DNA of 18,198 nt, from NCBI GenBank assembly GCA_016839515.1, contig JAEOUE010000072.1, positions 1-18,198 on the forward strand, given 5' to 3'. The translations under genes were made by a program, and so were the position numbers. The notes under the pieces were generated by a model, which saw nothing but the letters and a program-made list of their open reading frames with translations, was not told where the DNA came from and ran no database searches. Positions 1 through 7,751 of the stretch are shown here, in pieces; positions within the stretch are counted from its first letter, which is position 1; each line of letters opens with the position of its first letter. The stretch comes from Candidatus Hodarchaeum mangrovi. Lineage in GTDB: Archaea > Asgardarchaeota > Heimdallarchaeia > Hodarchaeales > Hodarchaeaceae.

Positions 1-2
1 AT

Positions 3-1157
3 AAAAATACAGAACGTGTAAAACCTAAAACAGCAGATCTATATGAAACTGGTCGAAAAAAGCTTATTGATGCTTTAAATGAGCATGCTGTAACTGTGGT
101 ATTAGAAAAAGATGGTCAACCCTATGGTGGCCTTAAAAATTATGGAACAAATGTATTGCAAAATATTATCAACTAAGCAGGTGGATTACCCACTCGTAAT
201 TGGCATGAAGGTAGATTTGAGCATGCTGCCAAAATTTCTGGTGAAGCAATTCATGAACTTGTTGACACCACAAAGAAAAAGTTTCCCGATTCACCAGCTA
301 CCTATAATCATTCCTGTCATATCGGGTGTGTAATACAGTGTTCTAATGTCGTCCCCTATAAAGATACAGGAAAAATGCAAGTAAGTCCTCTTGAATATGA
401 AACTGTTTGGGCATTAGGGACTAACTGTGGAATTGGTGATCTTCACTATGTTGCGGAATTGAATAGGGTTTGTAATGATCTTGGTCTAGAAACAATTGAA
501 GCTGGAAATACTATTGCCGTGGCAATGGAAGGAGGAATGTTTAAATTTGGTGATGGTCCCGCTGCAGTTGAATTCTTAAAGAAAGTGGCATCAGATGATA
601 AGATTGCCAAACATATTGGAGATGGTGCATTGTCAATTGGTAAACATTTAGGTGTAACTCACGTTGCTCAAGTAAAAGGCCAAAGTCTACCTGCTTATGA
701 TCCTAGGGCAATTAAAGGAATTGGAGTAACTTATGCAACTGGTCCTCAAGGTGGAGATCACACCCAAGGTTATACAATTGCTCCTGAAATTCTTAAAATA
801 GGTGGTAAGGTTGATCCGCAAGATATTTCTAAAGCTGAATTATCACGAAACTTCCAAGCATCCACAGCATACATAGACTCTACAGGTTATTGCTTATTCA
901 TTGCATTTGCAATATTGGACATTGAAAGCGGCTTAACAGGTATGGTTGAATCAATCAACGGATTATTAGGAAAAGAGATAGATGTTACTAAATATGGAAT
1001 GAATATTCTTAAGAACGAGCGAGAATTCAACAAACAAGCTGGTTTTACTAATAAAGATGACCGCTTACCCGAATTCTTTTCTAAAGAACCCCTACCTCCC
1101 CACAATACAGTTTTTAATGTTTCTGATGAGGAATTGGACAAGGTTTACGGGGAATAA
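3..1157 (+). pseudogene. aor: Aldehyde:ferredoxin oxidoreductase (tungsten AOR family), 5'-truncated by the window edge and interrupted by an in-frame TAA at 174-176 (pseudogene or sequencing error)
   Basis: The frame starting at base 3 reads ...[39 protein letters not shown]...HSCHIGCVIQCSN... and continues directly into ORF 375..1157. It contains AOR hallmarks: CxxGCxxxC Fe-S ligands, LEYET, YDPR, DSTGYC and DDRLP. The AOR identity is strong; the pseudogene status is uncertain. Confidence 0.75.
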
Positions 1158-1182
1158 TCCTTTACCTCCTTCTCTTTTTTTT
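1158..1182 (+). terminator. Pyrimidine/oligo-T tract, archaeal-type terminator after aor
   Basis: tcctttacctccttctctttttttt directly follows the TAA stop at 1157. Confidence 0.55.
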
Positions 1183-1427
1183 ATCTACTACTAAATCTAG
1201 ATAGATTTTTCCTAGAATTCTTGTAATTCTTGTTATTTTATAACTATTAATTCCATAATAAGAAGTAGAATGATTATTAAAGAATTTTAAAGCATCTATT
1301 TTTAAGAAAAAGGATATAATCTTACTTTTTAATAACCTACATTTTTTTTTAGGTTTTTTTTATCATTAATGCATAAAATCGATTTAAAATAGTCAATGAA
1401 ATAAAAGTTTACGTGTGTGAATAATTA

Positions 1428-1510
1428 TTTAAATATATAATTTATATCACTTATTGACTACAAATTACATTTATCTATCATTATAATGAGTTAGAGAATA
1501 AAATGAGGTG
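1428..1510 (+). promoter_or_regulatory. Putative feo promoter region: TATA-like boxes, a 12-bp palindrome and a Shine-Dalgarno site
   Basis: tttaaata at 1428-1435, tttatat at 1441-1447, perfect palindrome TCATTATAATGA at 1478-1489, and GAGGTG at 1505-1510, 8 nt before TTG 1519. Confidence 0.45.
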
Positions 1511-1518
1511 ATTTTAAA

Positions 1519-1752
1519 TTGATTCCTCTTTCTTTGCTACGGGATGGTGAATATGCTCAGATAATTACAATTAATGGAGGTAAATTAGTTAATTTGAGGA
1601 TGAATGAATTGGGATTTAACAGTGGAGAATATCTTAAAGTCATACGTAATGTGGGGGGTGGGCCAATAATGGTTGAGCTAAAAGCAGGAAAAATTGCTAT
1701 TGGAAGAGGAGTTGCGAATAAAATCTTTTGCGAAAGGACTTTTGTCAAATGA
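1519..1752 (+). CDS. feoA: Ferrous iron transport protein A
   Basis: 77 aa with the FeoA pattern (PLSLL..GE.A.I..I.GG, RM.ELGF..G, GPI.V, IAIGRG.A.KI). TTG start with GAGGTG SD; the stop overlaps the feoB start (ATGA, 1749-1752). Confidence 0.93.
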   Translation: MIPLSLLRDGEYAQIITINGGKLVNLRMNELGFNSGEYLKVIRNVGGGPIMVELKAGKIAIGRGVANKIFCERTFVK

Positions 1753-3767
1753 AGATTGCTTTGGCAGGAAATCCTAATGTTGGAAAAAGTGTCATTTTTA
1801 ACGCCTTAACAGGTTCTCATCAGCATGTGGCAAATTTTCCTGGATGTACAGTAGAACATAAGGAAGGTAAATGTGTATTTGGAGAAAAAACATTAACAAT
1901 TCTTGATTTACCTGGGACATATAGTTTAAGTGCTTACTCTGAAGATGAAAGAGTGTCTAGACATTTTTTAATAACTGAAAGACCAGATCTGGTAATAAAT
2001 ATTATTGATGCTTCTAATTTAGAAAGGAATCTGTATTTAACGGTTCAATTACAAGAGTTAGGACTTCCAATAATAATTGTATTAAATATGATAGATCTTG
2101 CAAAGTCTAAAGGATTTGAAATAGACATTAATGCTTTAAAAAACAAACTAAACCTTCCTGTCATTCCAATGATAGCAACGAAAGGAAAAGGAACGATTGA
2201 CCTTCTTAATCTAATATTAAATTATGATATAGCAAACACCAAAACATCAACAGGTTTTAATCAGAATCAAAAATGCATTAAAAAGTATGAAGATAAATTA
2301 ACTGAAATTCTTGAACAAATAGATGAGCAAGGGCAGTTAAAACGGTTTAATTATCATTGGTTAGGTTTGAAACTGTTGGAACAGGATTCTTTAGTTTTAG
2401 ATCTAATTAACCAAATTATTTTTGAAAAAGCAGCTAGTAATGAGAAATATAATACCTTGTATTTAAAAGGAATTGATCAATTAATTCACTCTTTTAAAGA
2501 TGAATTAAATATTGAAGACACAGCTGTTTATATTACAAATGAACGTTATAAATTAATTATGGACATTATTAGTAGTACTTTAATTAAAAGAGGGAAAGCA
2601 TCCACTAATCTTACTTCAATGCTTGATGATGTTTTAACTGACAAATACTTTGGGATTCCAATATTTTTTGTAAGTTTATGGGCGATATTTACATTTACAT
2701 TCACATTATCTGAACCTTTTGTATTTATGCTAGAAGGATTTTTCTCCTTATTAACCGAAATAATTAATAAAATTGTTATTAATCAAAGTATTGCTGGCTT
2801 GATGATCGGAATTATAAATGGTCTTGGTGCTATCTTAGTTTTCATCCCAAATATTTTTCTCCTTTATTTTGCCTTAGCTGTGTTTGAAGATTCAGGTTAT
2901 CTTTCAAGAGCTGCTTTTATAGTTGATAAATGGTTAGAAAAGATTGGATTGCATGGGAAGTCTTTTATCCCATTAATGCTTGGATTCGGTTGTACTGTTC
3001 CTGCGATAATGGCGACAAGATCGATCAGAAATAAAGCAGATAGAATGATCACCCTCTCAATAGCTCCATTTATTTCTTGTTCAGCTCGATTACCAGTTTA
3101 TGTTCTTTTTGCAGGTATTTTCTTCCCTGATCATGCATCATTAGTAATATTACTTATGTACATTATAGGAATTATAGTAGGTATTATTACAGCAAAAATT
3201 TTGAATACTCGTTTTTATCAACATGAAGATCATGGTTTCATATTAGAGTTGCCAGAATTTCAAAAACCCCAATTGAAGACAGCTCTGAAAGAAATGTGGT
3301 TACAGGGTTCTCATTTTATAAAAAAAGCTGGTACTATCATATTTCTTGCTTCATTTCTAGTATGGATTATGAGTAATATTCCATTTGGAGCTTCCCTTGA
3401 TAACACTGTTCTAGCTATCATTGGAAAGTTCATAGAACCTCTTTTTTCCCCTTTTGGGTGGAAATGGGAGTTTATTTCTGCTTTATTACTGGGATTACTT
3501 GCCAAAGAAGTGGTTGTCGCAACACTAGGAATTTTGGGTGGTAGTAATTTTTATGAATTTATCTCAACTGCCATGACTATAAACCAAGCATTTTCCTATA
3601 TGGTCTTTATTTTACTTTACACACCTTGTATCGCAACTTTAGCTGTTATTAAGTCAGAGACTGGTTCATGGAGAACAACATTATTTCTTGGTTTAGGTTA
3701 TATTTTTGTGGCTTATACCATTGCATTGTTCTTCAAAATGATATTGATTCTTATTGGATTTTCTTAG
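1749..3767 (+). CDS. feoB: Ferrous iron transport protein B
   Basis: G1 GNPNVGKS, G2 NFPGCTVE, G3 DLPG, G4 NMID, then membrane-domain motifs EDSGYLSRAAF, GFGCTVPA, SCSARLP, AKEVVV and YTPC. The start is better placed at ATG 1749 (MKIALAGNPN) than at 1728. Confidence 0.97.
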   Translation: MKIALAGNPNVGKSVIFNALTGSHQHVANFPGCTVEHKEGKCVFGEKTLTILDLPGTYSLSAYSEDERVSRHFLITERPDLVINIIDASNLERNLYLTVQLQELGLPIIIVLNMIDLAKSKGFEIDINALKNKLNLPVIPMIATKGKGTIDLLNLILNYDIANTKTSTGFNQNQKCIKKYEDKLTEILEQIDEQGQLKRFNYHWLGLKLLEQDSLVLDLINQIIFEKAASNEKYNTLYLKGIDQLIHSFKDELNIEDTAVYITNERYKLIMDIISSTLIKRGKASTNLTSMLDDVLTDKYFGIPIFFVSLWAIFTFTFTLSEPFVFMLEGFFSLLTEIINKIVINQSIAGLMIGIINGLGAILVFIPNIFLLYFALAVFEDSGYLSRAAFIVDKWLEKIGLHGKSFIPLMLGFGCTVPAIMATRSIRNKADRMITLSIAPFISCSARLPVYVLFAGIFFPDHASLVILLMYIIGIIVGIITAKILNTRFYQHEDHGFILELPEFQKPQLKTALKEMWLQGSHFIKKAGTIIFLASFLVWIMSNIPFGASLDNTVLAIIGKFIEPLFSPFGWKWEFISALLLGLLAKEVVVATLGILGGSNFYEFISTAMTINQAFSYMVFILLYTPCIATLAVIKSETGSWRTTLFLGLGYIFVAYTIALFFKMILILIGFS

Positions 3768-3779
3768 GAAGTTTAAGAT

Positions 3780-4229
3780 TTGTATAAAAACGAAAATAAC
3801 AATAGAATAATAAAATATCTAGCTATTCTTTATGGATCTATCTATACAATAGTTGGTTTACTTGGCATATTCTTTCTTTTTACATTTAATTCATCAAAAT
3901 TTCCAATTTTTATTGATCCTATAGAACAATTGGTGTTAATATTAATTGGAATTATTTTTACTAGAGGATTTTTTAAACTTCATCATCAAAATTCATCTGG
4001 GAAGGCTTTCATCTTCGTAGCTACTATTATTGGTATTATATTAGGAGCTTTATCGTTTTTCAACTTTCTTTTCGTCGGAGTGATTAATGGTTTGATAAAT
4101 GATAACACTTCACCAAATTTTTATTCAAGAATCCTTTCTTATCTCTTTGATCCTGCTCTACTATTGGGATTCTTAACATTCATACCGCAAAGATTAATCA
4201 AATACAAAGAGGAATTAGAAATTGATTAA
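3780..4229 (+). CDS. Uncharacterised small membrane protein (3-4 TM) inside the feo operon
   Basis: 149 aa with hydrophobic segments. TTG start 12 nt after the feoB stop with an AGGAAG SD-like site; overlaps the next gene by 8 nt. Confidence 0.8.
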   Translation: MYKNENNNRIIKYLAILYGSIYTIVGLLGIFFLFTFNSSKFPIFIDPIEQLVLILIGIIFTRGFFKLHHQNSSGKAFIFVATIIGIILGALSFFNFLFVGVINGLINDNTSPNFYSRILSYLFDPALLLGFLTFIPQRLIKYKEELEID

Positions 4230-4503
4230 TGAAGTTTTATCTTATATTAAACATAAAGGAAAAAATTTTTCTTTTTATGAAATAAAGAAAGATCTAGGAT
4301 TGACTGATGGACAATTAGAGATAATTAAATTACAATTATTAGAACTAGGGTTTATTAAGGAAATTAAACATCATGAAGGAGAAGATGAACTCAATCCTAT
4401 TATCTGTCGAAATTGTCCTGAATTTAGTTCATGCATAGAAAAAGATGGTTTATCGATTAAAGTGTATCAATTAACTCAGAAAGCATTCGATTATAAGATA
4501 TAA
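4222..4503 (+). CDS. FeoC-like winged-helix protein with Cys cluster
   Basis: 93 aa. HTH-like N-terminus (SFYEIKKDLGLTDGQLEIIKLQLLELGFI) followed by CRNCPEFSSC and a terminal VYQLT strand. Last gene of the feo operon; GAGGA SD at 4209-4213. Confidence 0.75.
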   Translation: MINEVLSYIKHKGKNFSFYEIKKDLGLTDGQLEIIKLQLLELGFIKEIKHHEGEDELNPIICRNCPEFSSCIEKDGLSIKVYQLTQKAFDYKI

Positions 4504-4607
4504 TTGATTAAAAAAGCATTTGAATGAATTATTTACCAAATAAACCAATTATTTATTTTTCATCAGTTATAAAAACATAATTAAACAATATAATATATAA
4601 AATAATT

Positions 4608-5303
4608 ATGGATATTAAAACTCGCTTGCATTGGAAAGTCATTGATTACTATCAAAAGACTTTAATTGTACAGAATGAACTTAATAAACAAAAAGAGGAT
4701 TTATACAAGCATTTGAAAGAATTTAAAAAGGTTTCCTCTTTTTTAAATGAAATTAATTACATTATAGATAGAATGGTCTCTATAAAAGAAATTTTGATAC
4801 CAGAGCTTGAAGAAGAACTTAATTTATCCTTTCCTACTTCAGAATTGATGTTGATTGCCCTCACTCGTCCTAGTATTCGCAATATTTTTTCTGATTTGAA
4901 AATTTATTTTTCCCAGAAAAACAATTGCCCTATTGACTTAACAGATTTCGATATTCTCGCATCTACTGGGTATGCTGCTAATGTTTTAGCTCTATTGGGT
5001 GATGCAGTTCTAGATCTCGCTGTAATAGAGATCACGTGGGATCCTTTAATATCAACCACAGGAGAATTAACCATTAAACGAAAGAATTTGGTTTCAAATG
5101 AAAAGTTAGCTAAAGTTTGCGATCGATTTGATTTAAGGAGTTATAGTCTAAAACGTCTAAATGATCCTTCTCAACGTTTAATCAAAGGAAAAACTCTTGA
5201 CCATGAGAAAGGAACAATAGTTGAGGCGATCTTAGGAGTCATATATCTAGAACGTAACCTTGATGGTGTTGTGAAAGTTCTCCCTGATTTAATCGACCTT
5301 TAA
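4608..5303 (+). CDS. Ribonuclease III domain protein (Mini-III-like, no dsRBD, N-terminal helical extension)
   Basis: ALTRPS, LALLGDAVLDL, GELTIKRKNLVSNEKLA and KGTIVEAILGVIYLE match the RNase III catalytic domain. The protein ends about 14 aa later, so there is no dsRBD. Confidence 0.85.
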   Translation: MDIKTRLHWKVIDYYQKTLIVQNELNKQKEDLYKHLKEFKKVSSFLNEINYIIDRMVSIKEILIPELEEELNLSFPTSELMLIALTRPSIRNIFSDLKIYFSQKNNCPIDLTDFDILASTGYAANVLALLGDAVLDLAVIEITWDPLISTTGELTIKRKNLVSNEKLAKVCDRFDLRSYSLKRLNDPSQRLIKGKTLDHEKGTIVEAILGVIYLERNLDGVVKVLPDLIDL

Positions 5304-5620
5304 TAAAGTAAATTTATGTCTGGAATGAATCAGAGTATTTAAATAGGATATTTTTTCTTTTCTAAATTTGTTCTTCCTTATTCAATGATAAAAAAGGAAT
5401 TATTCTTCTCATAACAATGTCAAGTATAAATTTGAGATAGAAATATGCATTTTCTTTGATTATTTTCTCTATTGAAAGTCTTTGATTTACTTTTAAGTTT
5501 TATTCGTTTAAGATACTTGACTGTGATTATTCATTCTTTAATTAAAAGCTAATTAATAGGAGATCCGCTATCGCAATATTATGGTGAGATTCTCTTAAAT
5601 TTACATTCCTAATATTTCAG

Positions 5621-5648
5621 AAAAGTCGTCAAACTCAACTTTGACGAC
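5621..5648 (-). terminator. Hairpin (9-bp perfect stem, 6-nt loop) plus U4, putative terminator of the 5663-5965 gene
   Basis: GTCGTCAAA-ctcaac-TTTGACGAC at 5625-5648. aaaa at 5621-5624 reads TTTT on the minus strand; the hairpin lies 14 nt beyond the stop codon. Confidence 0.5.
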
Positions 5649-5662
5649 ATATTCATTGAATT

Positions 5663-5965
5663 CTAGGGGTATAATAAAGTAATTTGATAATCATAAAAGG
5701 AACAGGCAGCTAATAATAACCCAATAACAGTATAGAAAATAAGAAAACCTAAATAATAAATGAAATGTCCTTTCATTCGAAAATTTTCAGGGGTACGTAA
5801 ATAGATTGATGTAAAATATGCAGCTAAAATTATTGGAAAGATTATTACAGAGAGAATAAGGATATCAAAATTAAATTCAAGATAAATCTTGTAGGTGAAA
5901 ATTAAACCAGAAGAAATCAATAAAGAAATAATAAATATCAAAAGTTCTTTTCGATTCAAGCTCAT
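5663..5965 (-). CDS. Small hypothetical membrane protein (about 3 TM)
   Basis: ORF track 5663..5998. The internal ATG at 5965 (MSLNRKE) with upstream GTGGT is the likelier start; three hydrophobic stretches. Confidence 0.65.
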   Translation of the reverse strand: MSLNRKELLIFIISLLISSGLIFTYKIYLEFNFDILILSVIIFPIILAAYFTSIYLRTPENFRMKGHFIYYLGFLIFYTVIGLLLAACSFYDYQITLLYP

Positions 5966-6038
5966 AAATATGACCACATCTATTATTTGAAAAAACATGT
6001 ATAAAAATTAATTGAAGAGATAAAATATTGATTATATA

Positions 6039-6446
6039 ATGCTTAGAAAATTTATCATTGAAGCTGGATTATTAAACAATGGGATGTTGGTTGTACGACG
6101 ACAGTATATTGATACAAATGATTTATTAATTCATCCAATTCTCGTAGGTGAAATTCTTTCAGTCATTCAACACTTTTCTGAAACATCCCATGATGCACCT
6201 AATGTTATACAAATAGATCCATTCCTTATTTGCTTACATCAGTTCATTGTTAAAGAAAAAAGTAACTTTCTTCTTTATACGATTTGTCAGGTGAATCCTC
6301 AATCTATACATAACTTATTAATTAACCTAGCGGATGAATTAAAGACTTTTGAACCAATTCTCTTAAATTGGAACCTAGACACAGAAAGTATTGGAAATTT
6401 ATTCCCCATTTTTGATGAAAAATTTATGACTATAAATAAATCATGA
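6039..6446 (+). CDS. Longin-like domain protein (putative eukaryotic signature protein)
   Basis: 135 aa with a beta-beta-alpha-beta-beta-beta-alpha-alpha pattern: IIEAGLLNNGMLVVRRQY / IHPILVGEILSVIQHFSE / NVIQIDPFLICLHQF / FLLYTIC / SIHNLLINLADEL / LFPIFDEKF. This pattern is typical of longin folds. Pattern recognition only. Confidence 0.65.
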   Translation: MLRKFIIEAGLLNNGMLVVRRQYIDTNDLLIHPILVGEILSVIQHFSETSHDAPNVIQIDPFLICLHQFIVKEKSNFLLYTICQVNPQSIHNLLINLADELKTFEPILLNWNLDTESIGNLFPIFDEKFMTINKS

Positions 6447-6448
6447 GG

Positions 6449-6790
6449 TTATGAGTAGTTTTTAACTTCTATTACATCTGTAGTGCTTAATACTCCTACT
6501 TGAGCATCTTTTACTTCACCCCCCAAGTTATGCACTGATAAATTTAAGGAATCACGTAATTCTTCCATTTTTCCTTCAAGATGACGATAAGCAGTTTCCA
6601 AATATTGTGTTTCAGTAAAAAATACACGCACGATAAACTCATTTTTTCTTGTTCTAATGATTTCTCCTGGTAAATGATCAAAAGGACAGAGAGAAAGTAA
6701 AACTATCTGAATATCATTTTTAGAAACATCCCTTTTAGACAATCTGTTAGATAAATCAAATTTTAAGAAGAATTCAATATATGGTTTCAT
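6449..6790 (-). CDS. Hypothetical soluble alpha/beta protein
   Basis: 113-aa ORF with ATG start and a TATA box 25-32 nt upstream; convergent with the longin-like gene (2-nt gap). Confidence 0.7.
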   Translation of the reverse strand: MKPYIEFFLKFDLSNRLSKRDVSKNDIQIVLLSLCPFDHLPGEIIRTRKNEFIVRVFFTETQYLETAYRHLEGKMEELRDSLNLSVHNLGGEVKDAQVGVLSTTDVIEVKNYS

Positions 6791-6814
6791 TACACTTAAA
6801 TTCCAATACTCATC

Positions 6815-6822
6815 TATATATA
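6815..6822 (-). promoter_or_regulatory. Archaeal TATA box for a probably leaderless transcript of 6449-6790
   Basis: TATATATA 25-32 nt upstream of ATG 6790, the canonical archaeal TATA-to-start spacing; no SD visible. Confidence 0.5.
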
Positions 6823-6916
6823 GCTTGAAAAAATTGTAAAAAGAAAATAAAGTTATCTAGAGAAAGTACTCGGTATTATCGTTTTGATAAATATAAAATT
6901 TTGAAATGATATTACT

Positions 6917-7438
6917 TTAAAATTCGTTCAAGTATTTAAGAAGAGACTCGCGATATTTTATAACTAAAATTATTAATAAGCTTCCACAGATTAACGAATA
7001 GAGAATAATAGCATTTCCCATTAATAGAAAGTAAGCTTCTAACGGAATATCCCACGTATCTACCTTAGGAAGTAGAGGGGAGGTATAATCAAGGATTTTA
7101 TAATAAACTCTAGCTGAAGTAGAATTTAGTGAGGTGGCGAGTCGGATTTTAGTTGTATGAAATTCATAAGAATAATTACCGACTTGGGAAATATCATCAG
7201 AGAAATCATCACTGATAACTTGATGTATCAGGGTAATCGGTCCCCCAAAAATGAGTGAAATCTTTACTGAAACCTCTTTTGTCCATTTTTCAAAAATTAC
7301 AATGTCCTCGTTGATTCCTATGTCAATAGTGCCTTCTGTGGTATCGTAAACTATAGGAAGAAAATAAATTGCATTAACAAGTCCAAAATAAATTATTGAT
7401 AAGAATAGAAAAGATAATAAATAATATCGTGGTTTCAT
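6917..7438 (-). CDS. Hypothetical membrane-anchored protein (N-terminal signal/TM, beta-rich ectodomain, C-terminal TM)
   Basis: MKPR plus hydrophobic N-terminus; beta-strand-like middle with sequons NYS and NST; C-terminal hydrophobic helix followed by KYR. Confidence 0.7.
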   Translation of the reverse strand: MKPRYYLLSFLFLSIIYFGLVNAIYFLPIVYDTTEGTIDIGINEDIVIFEKWTKEVSVKISLIFGGPITLIHQVISDDFSDDISQVGNYSYEFHTTKIRLATSLNSTSARVYYKILDYTSPLLPKVDTWDIPLEAYFLLMGNAIILYSLICGSLLIILVIKYRESLLKYLNEF

Positions 7439-7751
7439 GATTCTCTTAAACTATATTGTGACATTATCCTTTTATTACCTTTATTATTCAAACATTAATA
7501 GAAAAACTTTGAAGGTTTAATTTTGTAAAAAACGAATGATTCAATTATTTTTTAAAATCTAGTACTTCACATCCTGCTTTACAATCGATTTAATTCATTT
7601 TCTTTTCAAAAATAATCAGCAGTTTAGAAAAATAAACAGAAGAACCAAGAAAATTACACTTCTCGAATATTCGGAGAGATTGTCTGGTAACTCTTTTATG
7701 AATGCTCACTAGAAATAAAATCAGGATTATAATATAGATAAAGTGATTTCT

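Noticed and set aside
174-176. Selenocysteine or pyrrolysine recoding of the AOR internal stop
   Set aside because: The codon is TAA, not TGA or TAG. The aligned residue is normally acidic rather than Cys or Lys, and no SECIS-like element was recognised.
112-333. 73-aa ORF on the + strand
   Set aside because: Out-of-frame shadow of the AOR coding region; the AOR frame carries the conserved motifs across this interval.
1193-1233. Inverted repeat AAATCTA-GA-TAGATTT and tandem 9-mer AATTCTTGT x2
   Set aside because: Short and AT-rich, only two copies and no spacers; expected by chance and not a CRISPR or iteron array.
1728-1748. Longer feoB start given by the ORF track
   Set aside because: ATG 1749 overlapping the feoA stop gives the typical FeoB N-terminus immediately before the P-loop.
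887-3505. Minus-strand ORFs 887-1141, 1557-1748 and 3311-3505
   Set aside because: Antisense shadows of aor, feoA and feoB with no recognisable motifs.
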